DNA of 64,000 nucleotides from Nitrospirota bacterium (GCA_963737155.1 CAVTRN010000002.1:768001-832000); one strand, 5' to 3'; counted from the first letter of the stretch, positions 33,201-43,529 are shown. Program-made: numbers and translations. Notes: a model not told the origin generated them from the sequence alone.

Positions 33201-33446
33201 ATGAAGAACGAATCGTTGGAGATGGGAATGAGGATAGGCGCAACGGTTGGCGGGTTATTATTACTGGTATTTGGGATGAAACCATTGATTCAGTCCGTAG
33301 CGCTCGTTTTTTTGGCGTTCAATACATTCTATATCTGCCGGAACATTCAGACTTCACAAAAGTATGGTGAGATCACGAAGTTTATTGATGATTTCTTGAC
33401 GATCGCAAGCAATAAAACGAGCAAGCACAAAGTTAACGAAGGATAG
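33201..33446 (+). CDS. Small membrane protein, possibly a truncated paralog of the upstream gene
   Basis: SD GGAG; IGATVGGLLLLVFG resembles upstream IGVGAGMVLFAIFG. Confidence 0.5.
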   Translation: MKNESLEMGMRIGATVGGLLLLVFGMKPLIQSVALVFLAFNTFYICRNIQTSQKYGEITKFIDDFLTIASNKTSKHKVNEG

Positions 33447-33752
33447 TGTAATGGGTATGCTTCTATGCACTTTACTGCGTCCCTCTTGGAGCTGTCCTTT
33501 GCTTAATTCCATTTGCTGAAGATGGAGAGCTACACAATAGTTTTCGCGGATTGGCCGCCCTTCCCCATTAACTCACCAAAAGACGCAGACACCGCAAGAT
33601 GCTAACAGATAAGGCAAGGTCAAAGGCATCCGCGTTGTGAGAATAGAGGAGTACTACCAAGGCCAGCTTGCGGTGTGTGTAATGCAAGACGAAAGGCCGG
33701 CTTTGTGCTTAGCGGTCTCTTGTTTGTAAGCGGTAGGGGGCTGTAAACGCGG

Positions 33753-34766
33753 TTATCTATCGAGAAAGAACAACAGCTCCTTGTGAAATCGCTCCGTTGC
33801 TTCCAAGTGAGGAATATGTCCCACATTAGGCAGTTCAATGAGGGTAGACCCGGATATGAGCTTTGCCGTTCGCCTGCCCAACTCAGGGTATTGGCCGACG
33901 GTCGCAAGCAGATCTTTCTTCACCCTAGACTTCCCGGCTACGGTCCTGTCTGCCTGACCGATCACGAGGAGTGTCTTTGTATGTAAATTTGCAAACTCGT
34001 AGCAGACCGGCTGTTCGTAAATCATCTGATAGGTAAGAGCCGAGGACAATACAAGGCGCGGATACTCTCCGCTGGCCTTCCAACGAATAGCAACATTGGC
34101 ATACTCCTCGTACTCCGGTTTCCATTGCGCAAAGTAGGATTTATAATAGCTCCGTATGGCTTCCGCGGGTGCATTTAACTCAGCCTGATAGAGCTGTTCC
34201 AAAGAGGCATAAGGCACGATGGAGCGATAATCTTCCAAACCGACGGGATTTTCCAGGATCAGGTGCGATACCATCTCGGGGTACATGAGGGTGAAACGGG
34301 TAGCAAGCATGCCACCCATGGAATGGCCAACTACAGCCACTTCTTTTATTCCAAGGACGTCCAGAAGCTTTTTAGTGTTGACGGCCAAAAGGTGAAAGCT
34401 ATAGTGGATGTTGGGTTTCGATGATTTGCCGAAACCGAGCTGGTCGGGGACTATAACCCGGTAGCCGTGCTTGGCCAGGAAGCGGATGGTTTCCTTCCAG
34501 TATGCGCCGAAGAAATTCTTTCCGTGAAGAAGCAGGACGGCACGGCCTAGGTCCTTCCCTTCGGGCGGAACATTCATGTAAGCCATTCTCAGATCCTGTC
34601 CTTCGATGGTCAGAGACAAAAATTCAACCGGATAGGGATAGTTATAGTTTTCCATCGTTATAGACAGCGGTTCAAGCTCTTCAGACCTGGCAGCCCAAGG
34701 AGACAGAAGCAGCAGGACGGTATATATGATTATGTTTATTGTAGCGGTTGTGCGATGCTTCAACAT
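33753..34766 (-). CDS. Secreted alpha/beta hydrolase
   Basis: LLHGKNF, DQLGFGKS, GHSMGG and GHIPH motifs. Confidence 0.92.
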   Translation of the reverse strand: MLKHRTTATINIIIYTVLLLLSPWAARSEELEPLSITMENYNYPYPVEFLSLTIEGQDLRMAYMNVPPEGKDLGRAVLLLHGKNFFGAYWKETIRFLAKHGYRVIVPDQLGFGKSSKPNIHYSFHLLAVNTKKLLDVLGIKEVAVVGHSMGGMLATRFTLMYPEMVSHLILENPVGLEDYRSIVPYASLEQLYQAELNAPAEAIRSYYKSYFAQWKPEYEEYANVAIRWKASGEYPRLVLSSALTYQMIYEQPVCYEFANLHTKTLLVIGQADRTVAGKSRVKKDLLATVGQYPELGRRTAKLISGSTLIELPNVGHIPHLEATERFHKELLFFLDR

Positions 34767-35115
34767 GTTATTCTCCTATCGTTCCGCGGCAAAATGATTC
34801 GATTGCTAGTTTATGATTTTCTGAAAATATTGTCAATTGTTGATTCGATGAATGTCGAATAAATATTTTATCGGTTTAAGATCAACGAATACGGCTTGAT
34901 AATCTAAGTTGCAATGAACGGAAACTTCAACAGCTAAGGGATGATTCAGCCGATATTTTCCAACTCCGATACATCACGGTTTCTCTCGTGGACGCTTGCG
35001 AGTGTGAACCTTCCACCATTCGGGGCCGCTAACGATTGATTATATTATGCATCAAGCGAGCGGAATGAAGAGGGACAGCCAACTCTCAAGGCCGTCTGTC
35101 TTTATGGTCCTCGCA

Positions 35116-36156
35116 TTAATGATGCATGTGCTCATGCAGGGGCGCTCCGGTACGGTCACCGTGCATCATGGCATGGCGCGCAGGCGTCTCGTGCCGCAGA
35201 AGGGACGCGCAGAACAACAAACCGAGTAATAGGAACGCTTCGAGCCGCACGGCGCGTTTGAAAAATATGAGAACATCCACTCCCGTTTTATTTAACGATA
35301 AGCTTGAATAAAACTGTTTTACGAAACGAGCAAGGAAGCCAATGTTAGCCGAATCGAGACCCGCAATTTGTCCGAGGTTCGGTACGCTTATGTATCGGTT
35401 ATAGGCCGCGAGCAAAAGAAGCAGTAACAGCAAAGCAATCTTCACTGAAATGGTAAGACCATATGATGTGCGAACAAGGGCCGCGACGGAACCCACGTAG
35501 ACCAAGGCATTGTAAAGCGCGGTCAAAATGACGGAAAAGACCGCAATACCCGCAATGCCTGAAAACCGGGCGACCTGGCGCGCAAAGGTGTGGAATGCAT
35601 GGCTGTCCAAGTCCGACCCGCGGGGAAGAATCACGAAGGAGAGCACGAAAATCCCGCCTGCCCAAACCAGCGCTCCGAGAAGATGAATCCAATCCATGAT
35701 TTCAGCCACGCTGAAATCTCCTTTATCCGCGGCATGTCCGGAGGCGCTCTCTGTTAGGGCAATGATAGCGTCGAGGCAGATCAGGACGATGAGGGCTAGG
35801 CGAGTGTTGCGAATCATGCGGATCGATCCCGTAATCAGCATAAGAACAAAACATGCGATGCGGATGAGCCAGACATGGCCTGAGTGTGTTTTAAACATGA
35901 CGGCTGGTATCAAAGGAAAAGTAGAAAGAATCGTCTCTCCGCTCATTTCCGCGACACGCAAGAGGAAATCGATCACGCTTCCGGCTATTGCCACCGACAC
36001 GGAGATGGTAATGAAAAGCCACAAACGGTTTAGACGACTGGGATCGGGGTATTCTGCGGCAGAATAGACCCAGAGGAGAAAAATAAAAATTCCCGTGCAG
36101 AAAGCCACGGAGATGAGTTCAACCCAAAGAGGCATGCTTCGGATAAGGATGCCCAT
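35116..36156 (-). CDS. copD: CopD-family copper inner-membrane protein
   Basis: SGHAA, WIHLLG..WAGG and YG...KIAL motifs; His/Met-rich tail; follows copC. Confidence 0.8.
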   Translation of the reverse strand: MGILIRSMPLWVELISVAFCTGIFIFLLWVYSAAEYPDPSRLNRLWLFITISVSVAIAGSVIDFLLRVAEMSGETILSTFPLIPAVMFKTHSGHVWLIRIACFVLMLITGSIRMIRNTRLALIVLICLDAIIALTESASGHAADKGDFSVAEIMDWIHLLGALVWAGGIFVLSFVILPRGSDLDSHAFHTFARQVARFSGIAGIAVFSVILTALYNALVYVGSVAALVRTSYGLTISVKIALLLLLLLLAAYNRYISVPNLGQIAGLDSANIGFLARFVKQFYSSLSLNKTGVDVLIFFKRAVRLEAFLLLGLLFCASLLRHETPARHAMMHGDRTGAPLHEHMHH

Positions 36157-36175
36157 GAACAGCCAATCTCCCTTC

Positions 36176-36601
36176 TCACTTGATCGTGAATGTGTAGTTG
36201 CCAGAGGTCCGGTGTCCATCTCTTGCTACAACGCTCCAATAGACTTTGTAGTCACCAGGAGGCAAAGGGGGCACGGTGACCTCGAGGAGAGTGGGATCTG
36301 ACGAATCCACGTGCCCGTCTCCTTTGTCCACCATCGTGCCGTCTTTCGCGGCATGAACCATGATCGAGGAAAAGACAGGCTCCAGAGCGCTGTCAAACCA
36401 GATACGGACGCTGGTTGGCGCGACGGAAACCGTTGAGCCAGATTTGGGATCGGAATGATCAGGAGTCGCGTGGCCCTGGGCCGCAACGGGCATCAAGAAG
36501 AAAAGGAACAGGAAGAGGATCTGCGCCGCATTCCTGCTAAGAGTATGTAGCCGGCTTGCCACAGGAATATCGTCCTTTCTATGCTCTCGGGAAAACGTCA
36601 T
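36176..36601 (-). CDS. copC: CopC periplasmic copper chaperone (start uncertain)
   Basis: Mature N-terminal His (AQG-HATPDHSDP); WSVVARDGH. Confidence 0.88.
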   Translation of the reverse strand: MTFSREHRKDDIPVASRLHTLSRNAAQILFLFLFFLMPVAAQGHATPDHSDPKSGSTVSVAPTSVRIWFDSALEPVFSSIMVHAAKDGTMVDKGDGHVDSSDPTLLEVTVPPLPPGDYKVYWSVVARDGHRTSGNYTFTIK

Positions 36602-37010
36602 CGATTAAGGGGTGGATCAGGGCGAAGACGCCGGTGCCCGTTCCCGAGCGAGGGTTTATGGGAATTTCCACGGTAAGGCCAAGCTCCTTAAACTTGCCGA
36701 TCTACTCGATCCCCGGGTTCGTGGTCCCGGTCGTCTGATTTTACAATGCGCGGTCAGAAAGGTCTCCATGCGAAATTCGACGACAGCGGCCACGCGGTTG
36801 AAAGGTGAAGTGAAACCGATGTCCTTTACAACAGAGTAAAGATTTATCAGGCTGTGCGGTATGGAGAATGTCCACGTCAATGTCGTCGGGCTGTTTGTAA
36901 CCGCACCGGTATCATCAGACGTTGCTTTGGTTTTCGGAAGATTCAGGCAGGTGACGCCGGCAACGGTGTGGGGTTTTAGAAAGCCCGATAAGGCATGTCA
37001 ATACTTCTCT
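36579..37010 (-). pseudogene. Frameshifted remnant of an outer-membrane-type protein upstream of copC
   Basis: Fragments LKPHTVAG, PTTLTWTFSIPHSL..VKDIG..PFNR...VEF and, in another frame with an internal stop, TTGTTNPG...VEIPINPRSGTGTG...IDDVFP; recalled as resembling proteins next to copCD. Confidence 0.5.
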
Positions 37011-37128
37011 TCTGCCCTGGACCAAGTCCATTAACGCCGTGGCCCTCAAAAAGTTTCACAAGCTTGGGGCGATGCCCATTAAAAGTACACTGGAAGCAGA
37101 AAAAATCCGATGAATACAGTCCGACACA

Positions 37129-37172
37129 CATCCCGGCCTTACTCCGAACGCATTGGAGATAAGGCCGGGATG
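37129..37172. terminator. Long hairpin downstream of the Met/His-rich gene
   Basis: CATCCCGGCCTTA...TAAGGCCGGGATG. Confidence 0.5.
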
Positions 37173-37212
37173 GTTGTTGTTAAATAAAACGTAACGAATT
37201 CACCAGTATCTA

Positions 37213-37965
37213 CTACATCTTCATCGGTTTCATCGATCCCTCGGGGGACATATGGTCGAGGAGGTCTATGACTTTCTCTACCGCAGCGCCAAGTTTGTGC
37301 GTGTCCGCCATCATTGCGTTGGTGCCGACTATGCCTTTCGCATGCATATCCATCATCGCCTTGCCTTCCATGACTTCTTTCAATAAAGAGCGGGCATCGG
37401 CCAGCATCATCTTTCCATGTTCCTCGGAATATTTGTCAATATTCGACATCCCCATATGTCCCAGCATCATCATATTGGACCCTTGGGCTGCCATCTCGAG
37501 GGCATGGTTTATCAAAATATGCATGTGGTGCATGGTCATCATGTCGTCCGTCATAGGGCCTTCCATGTTCATATTTTCGAGCAAGTCCGCAACGGTCATT
37601 TCCGCATTGCCCAATTCATGGGTGTATTTCATGAGCGGGTCTCCGCCATGACCGGCCTTGTGCAGACTCATCATCTCCGGTCCTTTCAGGACGTGCTCTA
37701 TGACCTCTTTGCCCGCCTTCATCATCTTACGCCCGTGTTCAAGGGTCATCGGATCGAGTGCGGGGGCCATCTTCATTTCGGCAAGCATGGCCAAGTTCGA
37801 GCCCTCGGCAACCATTTCTAGCCCGTGGTTCATTATAATGTGCATATGGTGCATGTCCATGGCTGCATCTCCGCCATGTTTGGCATAAGCCCGACCGAAG
37901 AATCCAACTGTCAGCATAAACGCCACAGCCATTACAGCCACTAAGAGCTTCTTCCTGCTATTCAT
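37213..37965 (-). CDS. Exported Met/His-rich protein with two ~100-aa repeats
   Basis: SD AGGAG; signal peptide ending AYA; repeated MHHMHI..NH.LEM..(E/Q)GSN...EHG...H...TH.LG. Confidence 0.8.
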   Translation of the reverse strand: MNSRKKLLVAVMAVAFMLTVGFFGRAYAKHGGDAAMDMHHMHIIMNHGLEMVAEGSNLAMLAEMKMAPALDPMTLEHGRKMMKAGKEVIEHVLKGPEMMSLHKAGHGGDPLMKYTHELGNAEMTVADLLENMNMEGPMTDDMMTMHHMHILINHALEMAAQGSNMMMLGHMGMSNIDKYSEEHGKMMLADARSLLKEVMEGKAMMDMHAKGIVGTNAMMADTHKLGAAVEKVIDLLDHMSPEGSMKPMKM

Positions 37966-38712
37966 TTCATCTACTCCTTTCGCCCAATTAGGATTTAGCA
38001 ACGCCCTGCTTGATATCTATAAAACTGAATTTGTTAAATATAGCAATAATTGCCTTTCGCCGCATTTCCTCCTTCCCTTGGATTTGTACAAAATTGCTAA
38101 CAAAAGTATAGCACGCTTTATGCTTGAATATATCTGGTCTGATAATCTTTATTCTCTTGCGCCGCAAAACCTCCGTTATAATTGGTTGAGCATGAGGTCT
38201 TCAAGACTCCCCATAACAGAAACCTTCAGGGCGGGAATATAATGCACTGGTTGCGAAGAGACCAAAATCTTACCACTAGTGAGTGGATAAAATGATCCCG
38301 CAGTTTGCCAAGCGAGCCAAATCTGTAATGTTTTTCAAGCAAAGCGAAAATCTCATCGCGTGCATCGTGGACTCTTCGATTGCAACCAAAGCGACGCCAT
38401 AATAAATGCTGATATAAACGGAACAATCAACATCCTGATACAGTATCTTCAGGAGCAATCAAGTGTCTCTTGGAGTAGTGGCTGTTTGGCAGAGCAGCGG
38501 TCAACCGGTTTGCCTGGAGAAATACCAAGCCAGCCATAGCAGCCCATAAACGTGGCAAACATCTCTGCCGCATCTGCGAACAGAATCCGCAGTGGCTCAG
38601 CATTTGCGGAGCTCGATTCGGGAATTTTCGGATTTCAGGCCAGGGAGGATGTCATCATGGCACCTCAGTAGGGTCGGTGATGAAAATAAATACTACTTTT
38701 TAATAAAAAAAC

Positions 38713-38741
38713 TTGACACCCTTCACTTCGTCTGGTATAAG
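38713..38741 (+). promoter_or_regulatory. Sigma70 promoter of the Mg-transport operon leader
   Basis: TTGACA-N17-TATAAG with extended -10 TG. Confidence 0.7.
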
Positions 38742-38809
38742 CAGATTCATGGGGTGTTGATGTTGAAATATTCCGTGGTAAGAACTCAAAAAGTCAGGAG
38801 GTGATGTCG

Positions 38810-38929
38810 ATGGACGGTGGCCCAAGTAGCATGTATAGCATATTCGAGATAGCTATCTCGCAGCTTTCGGTAATAACGAAAGGAAGGGTCCGTTCATTGC
38901 TCGCCTCCATCACGCCCCTTTCCTCCTAG
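38810..38929 (+). CDS. 39-aa leader peptide candidate in a structured 5' UTR
   Basis: SD AGGAGGTG 6 nt before ATG; MDGGPSSMYSIFEIAISQLSVITKGRVRSLLASITPLSS*. Confidence 0.55.
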   Translation: MDGGPSSMYSIFEIAISQLSVITKGRVRSLLASITPLSS

Positions 38930-39051
38930 CCTCTTTTCTCTTCCTTCCATTATTTCCGATAGCGCTTCCTGCACCATGTAGAACACGCACATACGCATGG
39001 TTCGTGGATGTTATTTGTCCACGGTACAATTAAGCAACGAAGGAACGGATA

Positions 39052-40431
39052 ATGGACTTCCTCAAAATCATTTCGTTTACTCGACAATTATTAAAAAAAA
39101 GTTCGCTTATTATTGTAACGCTGCTCATCTTTGAATGTGGCGCAGCATCCGCGGAAACTGCGCCGGAACCTGCCTGGTTGCCCCAACTACTGGGGATGCA
39201 AGCGACGATCATTTATCAAAACATGCCGGCGTTCCCAAGCCCTTACGAGGGACCGAACAGCCTGACGTCTGAACACGGCGAAGGACAGGGGCATACCGAA
39301 ACGTATGGCGTCTATCTCGGTTCCCAAATAGTTCCGTCTTTGCAGGCATACCTTGATATTGAACAGGCCCGCGGTAATGGGATCAGCCGTGCCGTCGGGC
39401 TAGGCGGCATCACGGATGGTGATGTAATCCGGGAAGGGTCGGTGGATTTGGGAACGGACCCCTACATCGCGAGACTCTACCTGCGATACTTTATCCCCTT
39501 GTCGCAGGAAAAAGATCCTCTGGCCACCCGCGGTATGGACCAACTACCCGGGAATGAGCCCGCAAGCAGGGTGGAGATGAAGCTTGGGAAGATGGCCGCT
39601 ACTGACGATTTCGATCTCAACCGCTATGCCAACAATACGCGGATGCAATTTATGAACTGGGGGCTCATCAACAACACAGCGTGGGATTTTGCCGCTGACA
39701 CCCGTGGCTATAGTTACGGCTTTGTTGCTGCTTTAGTCGAGCCATCCTGGAGATTGGCTTTCGGCAGCTATCAAGTGCCGACCATGGCTAACGGCAATGA
39801 GTTCGACGGTCATCTGGACAAGGCCCGCGGCGATAATTTGGAACTAACGCTCAAACCGAATCAACAGGGTACGGTGGTGCGCCTTCTGGCCTATCGTAAT
39901 GAGGCACGCATGGGTGATTACGCGGAGGCGATTGCGATTGGAACCGCAAGTTTATCAACGCCGAACATTACTGCGGATGAACGGCTTGGACGTTCAAAAT
40001 ATGGTTTTGGCATCAATGTAGAGCAACCTCTCGCAGATGACGGCGAAACCGGAGCTTTTGCAAGAATAGGCTGGAATGATGGTCATACTGAAGATTTTAT
40101 GTTTACAGAAGTAGACCAGTGCTTAAGCACTGGCGTACAAGTAAGTGGAATACATTGGGGCCGTACGGACGACCGCGTAGGAATCGCTTATGTGTGGCAC
40201 GGCCTGTCACCCGAGCATCGTGATTATCTGGCAGACGGCGGGATCGGGTTTCTCCTCGGCGACGGCAGGCTCAACTATGGGTTGGAGCAGATCCTTGAAA
40301 CCTATTATCGCGTTCAGCTCGGTCAGTATGCGCAATTGAGTCCGGATTTTCAGTATATTCAAAACCCCGGTTACAACCGTGATCGTGGGCCTGTTGAAGT
40401 ATACTCTCTGCGCTTACACCTTAGCTTTTAA
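39052..40431 (+). CDS. OprB-family porin
   Basis: YIARLYLR, FDLNRYANN, WDFAADTRGY and LSPDFQYIQNPGYNRDRGP motifs; terminal Phe. Confidence 0.85.
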   Translation: MDFLKIISFTRQLLKKSSLIIVTLLIFECGAASAETAPEPAWLPQLLGMQATIIYQNMPAFPSPYEGPNSLTSEHGEGQGHTETYGVYLGSQIVPSLQAYLDIEQARGNGISRAVGLGGITDGDVIREGSVDLGTDPYIARLYLRYFIPLSQEKDPLATRGMDQLPGNEPASRVEMKLGKMAATDDFDLNRYANNTRMQFMNWGLINNTAWDFAADTRGYSYGFVAALVEPSWRLAFGSYQVPTMANGNEFDGHLDKARGDNLELTLKPNQQGTVVRLLAYRNEARMGDYAEAIAIGTASLSTPNITADERLGRSKYGFGINVEQPLADDGETGAFARIGWNDGHTEDFMFTEVDQCLSTGVQVSGIHWGRTDDRVGIAYVWHGLSPEHRDYLADGGIGFLLGDGRLNYGLEQILETYYRVQLGQYAQLSPDFQYIQNPGYNRDRGPVEVYSLRLHLSF

Positions 40432-40453
40432 TTATCGGGAAGGAAGACACCCA

Positions 40454-41725
40454 ATGAACATTTTTACACGGCTTTATTACCGATACCGCAGGATGACTAA
40501 GGCGATGCGGCTCTTTTTGCTTGCTGCGGGCCCCGGAATTATCGTGATGGTCGCCGACAATGACGCGGGAGGAATCACGACCTACACTGCAACTGGAGCC
40601 AAATACGGGATGCACCTTTTGTGGTTTCTGATTCTCCTGGGTCCGGTGGCCTATTATGTCCAAGAGATGACAGTGCGCCTAGGCGCGGTGACCAAACGAG
40701 GACATGCCGAGGCGATTTTTTCCGCCTTCGGTCGGTTCTGGGGCTGGTTCTCGTTGCTGGATCTGGTCATGACCGATTGGCTGACCATGATCACCGAGTT
40801 CATCGGCATGACTGCGGCCCTGAGCATATTCCACATTCCGACTATTGTAACGGTTGTAATCTGCTGGCTCATCATGGGGGCCATGATCTCAACCGGGCGA
40901 TACTGGACCTGGGAAAAGATCGCGCTTTTGTTCTGCGGGATCAATCTCATCTATATTCCGGCCGCGTTCATGGTGCACCCTTCGGTGAAGGACATCGTCT
41001 TTAACAGCGTGGTACCGCATTTCCCGCCGGGCGGATTCACGAACGAGCTGTTTTTTCTTTTGATGGCTAATATCGGGACGACGATTGCGCCCTGGATGCT
41101 GTTCTTCCAGCAGAGCTCGGTCGTAGACAAAGGTCTGCATGAGAAGGATATCAAGTTCGGGAAGATCGATACGGCTATCGGATCGGTTCTGACGGTTGTT
41201 GTAGCGATGGTTTTGATAATTGTCTGCGGTATATTGCTCTATGGCGTGCCGGTGGATGATGCCGCGGTAGCGGCCAGACAGATCATGCCCCAAAGCAGTA
41301 TCATTGGCACGTTGATAGCAATCGGTCTGTTTGATGCCGGACTGCTCGGGGCGATTTGCATCTCGCTGGCAAGCTCCTGGGCTTTTGGGGAGATCTTCGG
41401 CTGGGCCCACTCGCTAAACGACAAGGTCAGGGAAGCGCCATGGTTTTATGCCTATTATGTCTTTGACCTGCTGCTTGCCGGAACTGTCGTGCTCATTCCT
41501 GGCGCACCCCTCGTCCTGATTACGCTTTTCGTCCAGGTGATCGCGACAACCTTGCTGCCTGCCGCTTTGGTCTTTCTGATCCTGCTCCTGAATGACAAAA
41601 AAACCATGGGCGATTATGTCAACACGCGATGGCAGAATATCATTAATATCGGCATTGTCGTCATCATTATCGCGCTTTCCACGATGTACGGTGTCAGCAC
41701 CCTGTTCCCGAATATGTTTAAATAA
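40454..41725 (+). CDS. NRAMP-related divalent cation (probable Mg2+) transporter
   Basis: GPG...DNDAGG in place of the MntH DPGN motif; QEMTVRLG; IGTTIAPW. Confidence 0.88.
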   Translation: MNIFTRLYYRYRRMTKAMRLFLLAAGPGIIVMVADNDAGGITTYTATGAKYGMHLLWFLILLGPVAYYVQEMTVRLGAVTKRGHAEAIFSAFGRFWGWFSLLDLVMTDWLTMITEFIGMTAALSIFHIPTIVTVVICWLIMGAMISTGRYWTWEKIALLFCGINLIYIPAAFMVHPSVKDIVFNSVVPHFPPGGFTNELFFLLMANIGTTIAPWMLFFQQSSVVDKGLHEKDIKFGKIDTAIGSVLTVVVAMVLIIVCGILLYGVPVDDAAVAARQIMPQSSIIGTLIAIGLFDAGLLGAICISLASSWAFGEIFGWAHSLNDKVREAPWFYAYYVFDLLLAGTVVLIPGAPLVLITLFVQVIATTLLPAALVFLILLLNDKKTMGDYVNTRWQNIINIGIVVIIIALSTMYGVSTLFPNMFK

Positions 41726-41741
41726 ATGGAGGAGATAGGCC

Positions 41742-41918
41742 ATGATAAAGGAAATTTTTAATAACAGTTACGCGAAGGTCCGGGAAATTAATAAAAAATA
41801 TGAAACCCCCAGTATCGAGATGTCCAAATGGGTGAAATTGTCTTTGCTTCTATTAAGGCTTTATCTTTTAACCCTGATAGGCTTATCGATTTATAAATTT
41901 ATCACGCTGCTGAAATAA
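41742..41918 (+). CDS. 58-aa single-TM protein within the Mg operon
   Basis: SD GGAGGAG; MIKEIFNNSYAKVREINKKYETPSIEMSKWVKLSLLLLRLYLLTLIGLSIYKFITLLK. Confidence 0.7.
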   Translation: MIKEIFNNSYAKVREINKKYETPSIEMSKWVKLSLLLLRLYLLTLIGLSIYKFITLLK

Positions 41919-41930
41919 GGGAGGTGCATC

Positions 41931-43208
41931 ATGAACACCCTCATCGAAAAAAAGCAGGAAACCGTCGAAGCTGCGTATTTTCTGAGCAACCTTCTCGGCA
42001 CAAAAATTCTTAATGGCGACAAGAAGATCGGAAAACTCCAGGATATCGTCGTTATTGAACACGGAAAGCTTCCGGTTGTGACTCATTTCATGATTCACCG
42101 GTCTTTTGGCCGTAAACCACTCCTGGTTCCCTGGGAACGGGTGGTGGTGGTCAACGTGAAGCAGATCATCGTTGATTTGGAGGCCATAGAACAGTATGAA
42201 GCAGAACCTGCTGAATCACAGGTACTATTGAACGATTACATAATAGACAAAAAGGTCCTTGATATGGACGACAACGAGGTTGACGTAGTATATGACATCA
42301 AACTGACACTGCGCAACCGAGTGATGTACGTAACCGACGTTGACTTCAGCAAATATGCTCTGTTTAAAAGGCTGGGACTCAAACCGCTCATGAAACTGCT
42401 ATTTGGCGATTCCGACTTCATAAAGAAGGATACTCTCTCCTGGTCCTATGTCCAGCCATTGCCGAAACATATTGGCAGCTTTAATGGCGATGTGAAACTC
42501 ACCGTATTGAAAGAGAAGCTTCTCGAGATCTCTCCGGTCGATCTTGCGGACATTCTGGAGGAACTGAGCGGGGAACAGAGGCTTGCCATCTTCAATGAAC
42601 TGGAAACCGAGCACGCGTCGGATACTTTGGAAGAAATCGAACCACGCGTTCAGCGGGAGATCATCTCTTCCATCAAGAAGGAGCGGGCAGCGGAACTGAT
42701 TAATGCCATGACTCCTGCACAAGCAGCCGATATTCTCGCCATCCTGCCAGGGTCAGATGCCGATGAAATTCTCAAACTGATCGATAAAGAGAATGTCGGA
42801 AAGATACAGTATATGCTGGACAAACAGGATGAGAAGATTATTAACTTTTCCACGTCGCATTTCATCAAGCTTCCGCCCGATACGCCAGGGAGCCTCGTCC
42901 TCGAGCAGTTTCGCGAGATCGCGCGGGATATGGACGAGATCATGTATCTCTACATCGTAGATGAAAAGGACACTTTGCTGGGTGTGGCAGACATTAAAGA
43001 AGTGTTAAAAGCCAAAGGTGACGATAAGCTTGCGGATATCATGACGACGAATGTTATTCATTTAAGTCCAGAAAACACTCTGCTTGAGGCGGCTGAGATG
43101 TTTTCGAGATATAGCTTCAGGGCCATTCCTGTGACCGACGATAACAGTGTCATTCTCGGTGTCATCCCTTATCGCGACATAATGAAGCTAAAGCACAAGT
43201 TTATGTAA
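41931..43208 (+). CDS. Soluble PRC + MgtE N-domain + CBS-pair protein (no TM domain)
   Basis: PVDLADILEEL helical repeats and CBS motifs; no hydrophobic C-terminus. Confidence 0.85.
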   Translation: MNTLIEKKQETVEAAYFLSNLLGTKILNGDKKIGKLQDIVVIEHGKLPVVTHFMIHRSFGRKPLLVPWERVVVVNVKQIIVDLEAIEQYEAEPAESQVLLNDYIIDKKVLDMDDNEVDVVYDIKLTLRNRVMYVTDVDFSKYALFKRLGLKPLMKLLFGDSDFIKKDTLSWSYVQPLPKHIGSFNGDVKLTVLKEKLLEISPVDLADILEELSGEQRLAIFNELETEHASDTLEEIEPRVQREIISSIKKERAAELINAMTPAQAADILAILPGSDADEILKLIDKENVGKIQYMLDKQDEKIINFSTSHFIKLPPDTPGSLVLEQFREIARDMDEIMYLYIVDEKDTLLGVADIKEVLKAKGDDKLADIMTTNVIHLSPENTLLEAAEMFSRYSFRAIPVTDDNSVILGVIPYRDIMKLKHKFM

Positions 43209-43529
43209 TGTGCAGTTGTCGGGGCAGGCAATCATGACAAATGTAATTTCTATTATTGTTTCCGGGAAGCAATTTTCCCAGCCCCGCAAGCCGCGTTCCC
43301 AAAAAAGCAGAAACAAAGGGAACCGCCACGCGGTCTAAGTGGATGTTCAAACTATTTCGGCCAGGGAGTGGGCTGCATCAAGCGATTCTTTCTATAAATT
43401 TATCCACACCGCCTTCTCCCGATTTTTCCACGAAGTCTTTGCCAGTCTTCTTCGCTGTCATCTTGAGTCGTACCTCTTCTTTATCCGCCCGTCTTCGGGA
43501 AGCTTTTTGATCGCCTCTGAGCAATGCAA

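Noticed and set aside
38226-38700. Short ORFs and a GGCAAACC c-di-GMP-riboswitch-like word
   Set aside because: No second GEMM stem or GNRA/receptor arrangement; the ORFs are unsupported
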